64,000 nucleotides of DNA, taken from NCBI GenBank assembly GCA_025453395.1, contig JALOQK010000002.1:410509-474508 (forward strand), written 5' to 3'. How positions within the stretch are numbered: position 1 is the first letter of the stretch; the number at the start of each line of letters is the position of its first letter. Below the pieces are notes generated by a model. The model did not search any database. It saw nothing but the letters and a program-made list of their open reading frames with translations, and was not told where the DNA came from. This document shows, one piece after another, positions 28,510 through 38,257 of this stretch. Origin of the DNA: Candidatus Omnitrophota bacterium (GTDB taxonomy: Bacteria; Omnitrophota; Gorgyraeia; Gygaellales; Profunditerraquicolaceae). The translations under genes and the position numbers were made by a program.

Positions 28510-28968
28510 TTACTGGCCTAATTGCTTAGCAGTATTTGTGCAAGTTGTCCCAGCTGTAAAAACGCTAGCGGTAGCGCCTCTCATAATTCCGGTATGATCA
28601 ATACAAAAATACCTGATGCCGGTTATCCCATAGGCATCCGGTCTAGCAGTAGCGCTAAATGTATTTACCGGATCACTCCCACAAGCAACATCAAAAACAT
28701 AACCGGATTTAGTAGCGCTTGTAAAACCGGTAACAAAGGGAGGAACGCTTCCTATTAAATCAGTCAATGCCGCAGGATATGAAGGAGAAACCTGCGCTGC
28801 TCTGTAGGATTCCGCACCCGTAGCGATTGATCTTAAACCAGAAATAGCCTTAGATTCATTAGCCATAAGCCTGGTCCTTAATAAAGAAGGTATGGAAATC
28901 GTAGCTAATAAGGCAATGATAGCAACCACAACCATAATCTCTACTAAGGTAAAACCGCGAAATCTCAC
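28510..28968 (-). CDS. type IV major-type pilin (paralog 2)
   Basis: RG-FTLVEIMVVVAIIALLATISIP; collinear with pilin 1; AAGGAGG SD, GTG start. Confidence 0.88.
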   Translation of the reverse strand: MRFRGFTLVEIMVVVAIIALLATISIPSLLRTRLMANESKAISGLRSIATGAESYRAAQVSPSYPAALTDLIGSVPPFVTGFTSATKSGYVFDVACGSDPVNTFSATARPDAYGITGIRYFCIDHTGIMRGATASVFTAGTTCTNTAKQLGQ

Positions 28969-29057
28969 TATCCCTCCTTTTTAATATGTAGTTATTATTA
29001 CATTTATAAATAAACCTGTCAAGAGCGTCTACTTTATACGCAATAATCTGAAATAGG

Positions 29058-29086
29058 TTTACATATTTATCGCGATATGCTAAACT
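29058..29086 (+). promoter_or_regulatory. sigma70-type promoter (probably leaderless transcript)
   Basis: TTTACA-17bp-(TGn)TAAACT, 7 nt before ATG 29094, no SD. Confidence 0.55.
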
Positions 29087-29093
29087 AACCGGA

Positions 29094-31421
29094 ATGAAAA
29101 ACCGAGCAACTCTCTTTTATCTGCTAAGTATTTTCATAATTACAATTGCACCTTTTGCCGTTATTCTCTCTGGGAAACCTGATTTTGTTATTGGCATAGC
29201 TAATCATGATGTAGCTGAATTAGAGATCCCCTTACGCAGCCTGCAATTTAGCTACCTCTTAAAAGGCATTATCACGCAATGGAACCCCTATTTATTTTCT
29301 GGCATCCCAGCTGCTGTAGACTGCGCCTTCTACCCACTTAATATAGTACATCTTTTTTTAAATATCCCCACAGCCATAAACCTGTTAATAATGGCCCATT
29401 TATTTCTTGGGGCCTTATTTATGTTTTTCTTCCTTAAGAAAATCACAAAGGAAGACTTCTCTGCTTTTATTGGGGCGCTTATTTTCTCACTTTCCTCTAT
29501 TTTCATTACCCGCATCTTTGCTGGCCACTTATCAGTACTTATCAATTTAGCATGGTTACCCTGTTTATTTTTATTAACCGAGAAATCAATCACAAATAGA
29601 AAAGCTATTTATTATTTACTGTTGACATTGGTATGGGCAATAAGTATTATTGGAGGACATATACAATTTAGCTTTATAACCGCTTTTGGAATTTTTATCT
29701 ACACAATCAACCTGCTTATTAAAGAAAAAACGTCCGGAAAACTTAATGCGCTCTTAAGAGTATTTCTCATACCACTTGCGTTTGGAATAGGAATTGCTGC
29801 TTTTAAAATATTTCTTCTTAAAGAGCAATCAACTGACTCCCTGCGAATAGATAACAACTTGTGGAATTTTTCTTTCAGTATGCCTCCAGAGAATATCGCC
29901 GGCCTGTTTTCTCCGGGGTTCTTTGGCTGGCCCCAAGAAATATACTGGGGCAAATGGAATCCATGGGAAAGCTCTATATATATAGGTATGCTTCCTCTTT
30001 TTCTTACTTTCTTTGCCTTTGCTAATAAAGATAGGCATGCCCGAATTATGGGTATTATCTCTATTGTATCCCTGATATTAGCCATGGGGCCGTATTTGCC
30101 TTTTTACTCCAAGATATTTAAATACCTTTTAGGTGTAAACATATTCCGCTCACAAGGAAGATTCCTTTGTTTAACCGCGTTCTCATTATCCACTTTAGCA
30201 TCCATTGGATGTAAAAAACTTCTTGAGACACCTGAAGATTCGGTACACAAAGTAAAAACTAAGCTTTATATTATCTTTATCGCCATGGTTGCGATTATTT
30301 CTTTTTTCCTTGTCATAAGTTTAAAATACACATCATGGCATGAGATGTGGAGAATATTAAATACTTACGAGAAACTCTCCAGCGCCTTTAGCGATAACAT
30401 CCACTGCTTTTTCAATTTTATCTGGGGCAGAGACATTTTTCAGGAAAGTCTAACCCGAAGCGTTATATTAAGTATACTATCGTTGAGTGCGATAATTCTT
30501 CTCTTACGCAAAAGCGTACCAAGATACTTTACAAAAACCCTTTTTAGTATTCTTATTCTTGTTGATCTGTTAGCTTTTTCCTCTAAATATTACAAAGTTT
30601 TCTCTTACCGAGATTTACGCGCTCCACAAGAAGCGTTTAATTTCTTAAAGAAGAATACCGGACAGAACCGGATATTAGTTCTAGACGGAATAAATCTTAA
30701 TTCCGGCATGCTTAGCAATATACCCAGCATGGGGGGATATTACACTCTTCTTCCCAAGCACTATAACCGCTTTATTAATTTTACTCAAAATCAGGATTTA
30801 GATTCACCTCTTGCTCTAGACAATATCCAAAAGTTTCCACCTCTTTTTGCTCTTGTCAACCTTAAATACATCATAAGCTCTAAACCGGATTTAAAAGGAT
30901 TGACTAAAACTTACTCATCGGGTCCGTTAAACATATTTGAGACAAATTATAAACTACCTAAGGCATTTATCGCGCATAAAGCAATTGTCAAAGATACTAC
31001 AGAAGAGATCTTAAACGCGCTTAATACTACCGGGTTTAATTTTAGAGAAACGGTGATCATAGAAAAAACTATTCCCGAAATGAATACGCTAAAGGAAAGC
31101 CTCTCCCCTGAAACGCTTCCAGAAATTGTTTCTTACGATGCGGATAAAATCATTATAAAGGCAAGCCTCCATGAACCGGGAATTCTTGTTTTATGCGACA
31201 ACTATAACCCAAACTGGCAAGCTCAAGTAAACGGTATTCCCGCTAAAGTATTCCCAGTAGATTACATTTTGCGCGCGGTTTTCCTCCCAAAAGGAGAACA
31301 TACGGTCATTTTTACATATAAACCATTGTCTTTTAGAATCGGAATATCTATTTCTGCTCTATTCTTAATAATCTGGATTATTACCTTAGCAAGGATTATT
31401 TTATGCGAAAAAAAGCATTAA
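29094..31421 (+). CDS. YfhO-family membrane protein (GT-C glycosyltransferase-like)
   Basis: WNPYLFSGIP...FYPLN, many TM helices, C-terminal LPKAF...NYNPNWQAQVNG...DYILRAVFLPKGEHTVIFTYKP. Confidence 0.85.
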   Translation: MKNRATLFYLLSIFIITIAPFAVILSGKPDFVIGIANHDVAELEIPLRSLQFSYLLKGIITQWNPYLFSGIPAAVDCAFYPLNIVHLFLNIPTAINLLIMAHLFLGALFMFFFLKKITKEDFSAFIGALIFSLSSIFITRIFAGHLSVLINLAWLPCLFLLTEKSITNRKAIYYLLLTLVWAISIIGGHIQFSFITAFGIFIYTINLLIKEKTSGKLNALLRVFLIPLAFGIGIAAFKIFLLKEQSTDSLRIDNNLWNFSFSMPPENIAGLFSPGFFGWPQEIYWGKWNPWESSIYIGMLPLFLTFFAFANKDRHARIMGIISIVSLILAMGPYLPFYSKIFKYLLGVNIFRSQGRFLCLTAFSLSTLASIGCKKLLETPEDSVHKVKTKLYIIFIAMVAIISFFLVISLKYTSWHEMWRILNTYEKLSSAFSDNIHCFFNFIWGRDIFQESLTRSVILSILSLSAIILLLRKSVPRYFTKTLFSILILVDLLAFSSKYYKVFSYRDLRAPQEAFNFLKKNTGQNRILVLDGINLNSGMLSNIPSMGGYYTLLPKHYNRFINFTQNQDLDSPLALDNIQKFPPLFALVNLKYIISSKPDLKGLTKTYSSGPLNIFETNYKLPKAFIAHKAIVKDTTEEILNALNTTGFNFRETVIIEKTIPEMNTLKESLSPETLPEIVSYDADKIIIKASLHEPGILVLCDNYNPNWQAQVNGIPAKVFPVDYILRAVFLPKGEHTVIFTYKPLSFRIGISISALFLIIWIITLARIILCEKKH

Positions 31422-33175
31422 TATTTATTATTATACTCTGCGCTGTTTTACCATATCTAAACACTTTAAATGCCAACTTTGTCTGGGATGACGAAGTACA
31501 ACTTGTGCAAAACCCATACATGCAATCTTTTAAATACTTAAAAGATTTCTTTACGCATGATTTTTGGCACGTAGGCATTAACAAACTAGACACCGCTTAC
31601 TACCGGCCGCTTTTTGCCGCCAATCTTATGAGTCAATACGTTCTCTGGGGCAAAAATCCCTTTGGGTACCACCTAATCAACATCCTTTTACATTGCCTAA
31701 TAACCTTGTTAATTTTCAAAATCTTACTTTTGTTAACATCCGACGAAATAATATCTTTTACCGCAAGCCTTATTTTTGCTGTCCATCCAATTCACACAGA
31801 ATCTGTTTCTTTTATAGCTGCAATTGTGGACCTGCAGACTTTTATTTTCATGCTTCTTACTTTCCTCTGTTATATTCTATACCAAAGAAACAGCCGTAAA
31901 ATATTACTTGTGACTGGAGCTGTTTCTTTTGTTGCCGGGCTATTAACCAAAGAAATGGCTGTGATAACACCGTTTCTTATTCTCATAAAGGATGTTTTTA
32001 TCCCGAAAGAAAACAACAAAAAACAAAACATTGTAGCGTATTTTATCTTCTTCTTGATACTCGCAGCATATTTAATGTTTCGCGTTCATCTTTTTGGCAT
32101 AAAACCAAACGATGGGAATCTAGTGTCTTCAAATTTTATCCCCGGGAATACCCCCTATTGGAGATTTCTTACTGTACCTGCGATTATCGCCCGTTACATA
32201 GGGCTTCTTTTTATCCCATACAACATGACTGCAGATTATTTATTTAAAGCCAATAACTCTATTTGGAATATCTATGTTATCTCGGGAATGCTTATTATTT
32301 TACTTTGCATATTCGTAATTATTTTTTTGCGTAAGAAACAGGCGCTGTTATCATTTGCCATCGCATGGTTTGCATTAACCATCCTGCCGGTAAGTAATAT
32401 TTTCCCCCAGGGAAATATCTTTGCAGAGCGTTTCCTCTATATCCCATCACTTGGATTTTGCATCCTAATGGCAGTTGTTTTCTCTTATTTTCCAAAGAGG
32501 CCTCTGGTAACCTGTTTGTTTTACTGCTGGATAATAAGTATGGGCCGCTTAACATGGGAAAGAAATATCGTTTGGAAAAATGATTTAAATTTGTGGATAG
32601 ATACTGTTTCCAAAGTACCCAATAGCCCCAGGGCACATCTAAATCTTGCCGAACAATATTTTCTATATGGAAAAACAAATGAAGCAATATTAGAATTGGA
32701 TACTGCAATAAAGATTTTACCTAATTATAAACAAGCCTATAACGGCTTAGGCCTTGTATTGTATAAGACAGGCGATATAAATGCAGCTATTGCTGCCTAC
32801 CAAAAAGCCATAGCTATTGATCCTAAATATAACGAAGCCTACAACAATATGGCGGCGGCATTAATCGAAAATAAACAATACAAAGAAGCTATAAACGCCC
32901 TAGAAATTGCCATAAACTATAATCCCTATTTAACTTTTGCTTATTACAATCTGGGACAAGCATATGACAAATTAGGAATACCGGATAAGGCAATTGCTGC
33001 TTACGAAAAGTTTATTGCAATAAAGCCTGAATACGCAGTAATATATGCGGATATGGGCAGGCTTTATTACCAAGAAGGCAATACTAAAAAAGCTAAAGAA
33101 TGCTGCCTTAAAGCGCTTGAGCTTGCTCCGGGACACATGCCAGCGCAAGAAATAATAGATAAAATCAGGGATTAG
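31403..33175 (+). CDS. TMTC-like membrane protein with TPR repeats (putative protein O-glycosyltransferase)
   Basis: [43 protein letters not shown]-terminal TPRs. Confidence 0.85.
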   Translation: MRKKALIFIIILCAVLPYLNTLNANFVWDDEVQLVQNPYMQSFKYLKDFFTHDFWHVGINKLDTAYYRPLFAANLMSQYVLWGKNPFGYHLINILLHCLITLLIFKILLLLTSDEIISFTASLIFAVHPIHTESVSFIAAIVDLQTFIFMLLTFLCYILYQRNSRKILLVTGAVSFVAGLLTKEMAVITPFLILIKDVFIPKENNKKQNIVAYFIFFLILAAYLMFRVHLFGIKPNDGNLVSSNFIPGNTPYWRFLTVPAIIARYIGLLFIPYNMTADYLFKANNSIWNIYVISGMLIILLCIFVIIFLRKKQALLSFAIAWFALTILPVSNIFPQGNIFAERFLYIPSLGFCILMAVVFSYFPKRPLVTCLFYCWIISMGRLTWERNIVWKNDLNLWIDTVSKVPNSPRAHLNLAEQYFLYGKTNEAILELDTAIKILPNYKQAYNGLGLVLYKTGDINAAIAAYQKAIAIDPKYNEAYNNMAAALIENKQYKEAINALEIAINYNPYLTFAYYNLGQAYDKLGIPDKAIAAYEKFIAIKPEYAVIYADMGRLYYQEGNTKKAKECCLKALELAPGHMPAQEIIDKIRD

Positions 33176-34103
33176 ACTGAAACCAGTGGATGGTTGTTTC
33201 CAAGCCTTCTTGGAGTTTGATTTTTGGCTGCCAACCAAGCAGGCGCCTGGCGCGGGAGATATCGGGTTTTCTTTGTTTGGGGTCATCTTGGGGAAGCGGC
33301 TTATAGATAATCTTGCTTTTAGAATTGGTAATCTTAAGGACCAAATCCGCCAATTCCATAATAGTAAACTCTCCGGGATTGCCTAAATTAACCGGGTCAT
33401 GGAACTTTTTCCCCATTAGGCGGACAATCCCATCCACCAAATCCGAAACATAACAGAAACTGCGGGTTTGCGCGCCCTTTCCATACACAGTCAAAGGTTT
33501 ATTATTCAACGCCTGATAAATAAAATTCGGGACCACCCTGCCATCATTAATTCTCATAAATTCGCCGTAGGTATTGAAAATACGAATTATCCTTGTATCT
33601 ACTTTGTGCGTTCTGTGGTAAGCCATAGTCATTGCTTCGGCAAAACGTTTTGCCTCATCATAGCATCCGCGGATGCCCACGCTATTTACATTTCCCCAGT
33701 AACTTTCCGGTTGAGGATGGACTAATGGATCCCCGTAAACTTCAGAAGTAGATGCCAATAAGAATCCGGCTTTGTTTTTCATCGCCACGCCTAAAGCATT
33801 ATGCGTGCCTAAAGCTCCGGCCTTTAAGGTCTGTATGGGGTGTTTTAGATAATCATCGGGAGATGCGCAAGAAGCAAAATGCAGGACAAAATCCACCTTT
33901 TCCTTTATAGATATGTACTTACTAACATCATGTTTTACAAAACAAAAATGTTTATTTTTGATAATCCCCTCTATATTATCCAAGGAACCGGTAATTAAAT
34001 TATCCATACAAATAACCTGCCAACCGTCTTTAAGCAAACGGTCGCATAAATGCGAGCCGATAAACCCCGCTCCGCCAGTAACAAGAACTTTAGAATAACG
34101 CAT
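33165..34103 (-). CDS. UDP-glucuronate decarboxylase (UDP-xylose synthase) family SDR
   Basis: [44 protein letters not shown]. Confidence 0.92.
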   Translation of the reverse strand: MRYSKVLVTGGAGFIGSHLCDRLLKDGWQVICMDNLITGSLDNIEGIIKNKHFCFVKHDVSKYISIKEKVDFVLHFASCASPDDYLKHPIQTLKAGALGTHNALGVAMKNKAGFLLASTSEVYGDPLVHPQPESYWGNVNSVGIRGCYDEAKRFAEAMTMAYHRTHKVDTRIIRIFNTYGEFMRINDGRVVPNFIYQALNNKPLTVYGKGAQTRSFCYVSDLVDGIVRLMGKKFHDPVNLGNPGEFTIMELADLVLKITNSKSKIIYKPLPQDDPKQRKPDISRARRLLGWQPKIKLQEGLETTIHWFQSNP

Positions 34104-34490
34104 TTTCAGCTATCAGCTTTCAGCTATCAGCTTTCAGCAAAGCTTTAATCTCTTTATGAAACCATAAAGCATTGCCGAAAGCTCATCGCATTGTGAACTT
34201 CTCATAAGAAGAACGTAAAGCAATATTAAGAAACCTTTTAAACTCTAAATCAGAACCTGAACCACTGCCTTCAGCTATATTAAGCGCTATTGACACGGCC
34301 GCTCTTCTAACTTGAGAAGTCAAACCATAACATTCTGATTGCGGGAATTTACTGGTTTTTAAATACACCCGTTCAATAAAATCCATTGCCTTAGACCATA
34401 CTTGTAGCTTTTTAAACTTTTGTATTTCCATTTTTATTATTGTCTTTGTTTTTAGCTGACGGCTGAAGGCTGACGGCTGATAGCTGAAAA
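34103..34490 (-). mobile_element. heptamer-array-flanked four-helix-bundle element, copy B
   Basis: Same 15-bp terminal IR and inverted TCAGC arrays as 1681-2067; about 20-25 substitutions relative to copy A. Confidence 0.65.
34183..34431 (-). CDS. four-helix-bundle protein (IVP/Avd-like), truncated 82-aa form, copy B
   Basis: 5 aa differences from copy A; same premature stop. Confidence 0.8.
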   Translation of the reverse strand: MEIQKFKKLQVWSKAMDFIERVYLKTSKFPQSECYGLTSQVRRAAVSIALNIAEGSGSGSDLEFKRFLNIALRSSYEKFTMR

Positions 34491-35425
34491 TATTCTACCG
34501 TTATTTTTAACCCCTCCGTGAAATTGACTTGCGGCTTAAAACCCAGTAACTTCTTGCTCAATGTCAAATCTGCTTTAGTGCGAAAAACATCGCCTTGGCG
34601 TTTGGGCAAAAATACAGGTTTTATCTTTTTGCCAAGTATTTTATTAAGAATACTGGCTAACTCTAAAACAGAATAATCCCTGCCCCCTGCCACATTAAAA
34701 ACTCCGGATTTAACTTTCCCCTTTAAGGCGCAACTTGCGGCCAATAAATTAGCTTGGACCGCATTGGCCACAAAAGTAAAATCCCGCGATTGCCTGCCGG
34801 TGCCATAAATTGGCATAGCGTTATCACGCAAAAGACAGTCAATGAATTTTGGCACTACTACCGCGTATTCATCATCAAGCGACTGCCGGGGCCCAAAAAC
34901 ATTAAAATAGCGTAAAGATACCGCCGGCACCCCATAATGCAAACTAAAAATCTTGCAATAATATTCCCCTGCAAGCTTACTTAATGCATAAGGCGAAATA
35001 GGCCCGGGGAAAAAAGATTCCTTCTCTGGAAACTTGCTGACATCGCCATACACAGAGCTTGAAGAGGCAAAAACAAACGCTTTCACGTTGTTTTCCCGTG
35101 AAGCCTCTAACATATTAAGAATCCCGCCTATATTTACCTTATTATACACATCAGGATTCTTCATGGACTTAGGCACGCTTCTCAAAGCCGCCTGATGAAA
35201 AACCACATCTACCCCTGAAACAGCCTTGCGGCAGGTATCTCTATCGCAAATATCGCCTTTTATTATCTTAACTTTACCGGATACCCCGGACAAATTATCA
35301 AGCTTGCCGCTTGAGAAATTATCCAAAACCCGCACTTGGCAATTATTTTTTACAAGCGCATCAACAATGTGCGAGCCGATAAACCCGGCGCCACCAGTAA
35401 CCAGTACTTTCTTATTAAAAAACAT
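34412..35425 (-). CDS. UDP-hexose/UDP-HexNAc 4-epimerase family SDR
   Basis: [42 protein letters not shown]; C-terminal tail encoded by element B. Confidence 0.88.
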   Translation of the reverse strand: MFFNKKVLVTGGAGFIGSHIVDALVKNNCQVRVLDNFSSGKLDNLSGVSGKVKIIKGDICDRDTCRKAVSGVDVVFHQAALRSVPKSMKNPDVYNKVNIGGILNMLEASRENNVKAFVFASSSSVYGDVSKFPEKESFFPGPISPYALSKLAGEYYCKIFSLHYGVPAVSLRYFNVFGPRQSLDDEYAVVVPKFIDCLLRDNAMPIYGTGRQSRDFTFVANAVQANLLAASCALKGKVKSGVFNVAGGRDYSVLELASILNKILGKKIKPVFLPKRQGDVFRTKADLTLSKKLLGFKPQVNFTEGLKITVEYFQLSAVSLQPSAKNKDNNKNGNTKV

Positions 35426-35447
35426 TTAGAAAATATCCTTTTATTAT

Positions 35448-35638
35448 CAAATAACCAAACACCAAATCTCAAACACCAAACAAATCCCAATAATCAATTA
35501 CCAATTTACCAAACAAGTTTGGTTTTTGGTGTTTGGTTTTTGGTTATTATTTGGTTATTTAACATTTGGTTATTGGTTATTTCCTACTTTTACCTTGTAA
35601 TTTTTACTTTTGCCTTTTTACTTTTGACTTTTTACTTT
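35448..35638. repeat. composite heptamer arrays: CAAAYAC/GTTTG palindrome plus TTTTNAC array
   Basis: Arms meet at CCAAAC-AA-GTTTGG (35509-35522); second array TTTTTAC TTTTGCC TTTTTAC TTTTGAC TTTTTAC abuts the stop at 35639. Confidence 0.8.
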
Positions 35639-36940
35639 CTATAGCCTCTCTACCTTATCACTCTTCACGCCCTTATACACATTTCGCGCGTCAAAAATAA
35701 AACGGCTGTTTTCCAGCAAGAATTTATAATCAACATTGGAATGATCAGTGCCAATGATAACGCAATCAAAACTAGATAAATTACTCTTGGTTAATTCTAT
35801 AGACTTAAGGTCAATATTATTGACTTTTAAATACGGGATCAGGGGATCATAATAAGAAACTTTGGCTTTATGTTTCTTAAGGCTATCTATAATATCCAAG
35901 GACGGAGACTTACGCAGGTCCTTTATATCTTTTTTATAAGTAACGCCTACAACTAAAATATTCGCCTTCCCAATATTAACACCTTTAACCTTTAAACTAT
36001 GCCCCGCGCGGCTAACCACATAATCAGGCATATTAGAGGTTACATCCGACGCTAATTTAATGAACCGCGAGCTAAAACCGTGGTGCTTAGCTTTCCAATA
36101 CAAATATAACGGATCCTTCCCAATACAATGTCCGCCCACCCCCGGCCCCGGATAAAAAGGCATAAATCCAAAAGGCTTGGTGGACGCCGCCTCCACAATC
36201 TCCCAGATATCCATCTTCATCTTATGCGCCATCATGGCGATTTCATCAATTAAGCCGATATTGATCAGGCGAAAAGTATTTTCTAAAAGCTTTACGGTCT
36301 CTGCCACGCGCGCGGAAGAAACCGGAACAACCTGCTCAATAATATTGGAGTAAACAAGCTGGCCCATTTTAGTTGCGGTATCGCTTAAGCCGCCTATGAC
36401 CTTAGGGATCTTGGGAAGCGGGTATTTAATGTTACCCGGGTCTATTCTTTCAGGAGAAAAACAAAGGAAGAAATCCCTATCATGCACAAGAGCCTGCTTA
36501 TTAAAAATAGGCAAAATCACCTCTTGCGTTGTCCCGGGATAAGTGGTACTTTCCAGAATAACTAAAGCCCCCTTCTTAATATTCTTTGAAATCTGGCCAA
36601 CCGCGCTTTTGATATAAGAAATATCCGGGGTATATTTATTTTTTAAGGGCGTTGGGACACAGATAAGTATTACATCCGCATCCTTAACTGCGGAGAAATT
36701 ATCATAACCATGAAAACGCCCGGTGCCTATGACGCTTTTTAATTCCTCTGTGGTAACATCCGTAATATAGGACCTTTTTTCTTTGATCCCGGCTAAGCGG
36801 TCCTTATCAAGCTCAACGCCAGAAACAAAAAATCCATTCTTGGCAAATTCAATTGCCAAAGGAAGCCCCACATAACCAAGCCCCACCACCGCGATTTTCG
36901 CTTCTTTTAAACTTAATCTCTTGGAAAATGAATCAAACAT
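35639..36940 (-). CDS. UDP-N-acetylhexosamine dehydrogenase (WbpA/WecC family)
   Basis: GLGYVGLPLA, CVPTP, ESTTYPGTT, SPERIDPG, KLLENTFR, GGHC. Confidence 0.9.
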   Translation of the reverse strand: MFDSFSKRLSLKEAKIAVVGLGYVGLPLAIEFAKNGFFVSGVELDKDRLAGIKEKRSYITDVTTEELKSVIGTGRFHGYDNFSAVKDADVILICVPTPLKNKYTPDISYIKSAVGQISKNIKKGALVILESTTYPGTTQEVILPIFNKQALVHDRDFFLCFSPERIDPGNIKYPLPKIPKVIGGLSDTATKMGQLVYSNIIEQVVPVSSARVAETVKLLENTFRLINIGLIDEIAMMAHKMKMDIWEIVEAASTKPFGFMPFYPGPGVGGHCIGKDPLYLYWKAKHHGFSSRFIKLASDVTSNMPDYVVSRAGHSLKVKGVNIGKANILVVGVTYKKDIKDLRKSPSLDIIDSLKKHKAKVSYYDPLIPYLKVNNIDLKSIELTKSNLSSFDCVIIGTDHSNVDYKFLLENSRFIFDARNVYKGVKSDKVERL

Positions 36941-38237
36941 GCTTTCCTCTTCCTATGCCTATATATGAAAACCCATTCTGCTTGATTATCTGGGGATCAT
37001 AGATATTGCGCCCATCCACAATAAGCGGCCTTTTCATTATTTTTCTTATTCTCTTGAAATCAAGCTCTTTAAATTCCGGCCATTCAGTAGCTAAGATCAG
37101 GCAGTCGCTTGCCTTGGCTACAGAATAAATATCATCAACAAAAACCACGCCTTTTAATTGTTTACTCAAATGTTTTCTTCCCACGCACGGATCATATACT
37201 TTGATCTTGGCCCCTTCCAAAAGAAGCATCTTAATAATATCTACTGCCGGAGAATTACGGATGTCATCAGTATTCGGTTTAAATGATAAGCCTAAAACCC
37301 CGATATTTTTATCTTTGACAATCCATAGTTTCTGCTTTATTTTATCCAAAAAGAAATCTTTTTGAGTTATATTGATATTCTTTACCTCTCTTAAAAGAGC
37401 AAAATCATATCCCAGCTTTTCCGATATCCTTAAAAAAGCGTCAAGGTCCTTAGGAAAACATGACCCACCGTAGCCGATACCGGCGTTAAGAAATGCCTGG
37501 CCGATTCTTTTATCAAGGCCCATGCCTAAAGCAACTTCAGTAACATCTGCGCCTACTTTATCGCAGATACGCGAAATAGCATTAATAAAAGAAATCTTGG
37601 CAGCTAAAAATGAATTGGAAGCGTGCTTTATCAATTCCGCGGACTTTATATCCGTAACTACGATCGGGGCGTTTAACGGCTTATAAAGGCCAGATAAAAT
37701 GTTTTCCGCTTTCTTTGATTCTACGCCGATAACGATCCTATCCGGATGCATAAAATCATGGATCGCCTGCCCCTCTTTTAGAAACTCCGGGTTAGAAGCT
37801 ACGTCAAATTTTATCTTTTTGCGAACATAAGTTTGAATAGTGTGTTTTACCCACTGCCCAGTTTCCACAGGGACAGTTGACTTTTCAACTACTAATTTAT
37901 AACCATCCATATTGCGCGCGATATTTCTGGCCACATCTTCAATGCCGGTTAGGTCCGCTTCGCCATTTTCTAAAGAAGGCGTGCCTACCGCAAGAAATAT
38001 AACTTCGGAGCGCCTAACCGCGTCTTTTATGTTAGAGGTAAATACTAAACGTTTTTTACGCGCATTGGCCAAAATAAGCTCTTCTAACCCCGGCTCATAA
38101 ATAGGAATCTTGCCCTTTTTAAGCAAAGCTATCTTATGCGCGTTATTATCCGCGCAAATCACACAATTGCCTAATTCCGCGAAACACGCTCCGGTAACTA
38201 ACCCTACATAGCCTGAACCAATAATTGTTATATTCAT
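36933..38237 (-). CDS. ugd: UDP-glucose 6-dehydrogenase
   Basis: GSGYVGL, IYEPGL, NPEFLKEG, GYGGSCFPKD, FKPNTDDIR. Confidence 0.92.
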   Translation of the reverse strand: MNITIIGSGYVGLVTGACFAELGNCVICADNNAHKIALLKKGKIPIYEPGLEELILANARKKRLVFTSNIKDAVRRSEVIFLAVGTPSLENGEADLTGIEDVARNIARNMDGYKLVVEKSTVPVETGQWVKHTIQTYVRKKIKFDVASNPEFLKEGQAIHDFMHPDRIVIGVESKKAENILSGLYKPLNAPIVVTDIKSAELIKHASNSFLAAKISFINAISRICDKVGADVTEVALGMGLDKRIGQAFLNAGIGYGGSCFPKDLDAFLRISEKLGYDFALLREVKNINITQKDFFLDKIKQKLWIVKDKNIGVLGLSFKPNTDDIRNSPAVDIIKMLLLEGAKIKVYDPCVGRKHLSKQLKGVVFVDDIYSVAKASDCLILATEWPEFKELDFKRIRKIMKRPLIVDGRNIYDPQIIKQNGFSYIGIGRGKHV

Positions 38238-38257
38238 ACCTTGCCTTCTCTAGCGAA

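Noticed and set aside
27556-28968. Neisseria-style silent pilin cassette or invertible pilin switch
   Set aside because: Both pilins are full-length with their own ribosome-binding sites; no recombinase or inversion sites seen
35448-35638. CRISPR array
   Set aside because: 7-bp degenerate tandem units without spacers; no cas genes
35336-35644. 102-aa plus-strand ORF
   Set aside because: Low-complexity translation of the heptamer arrays
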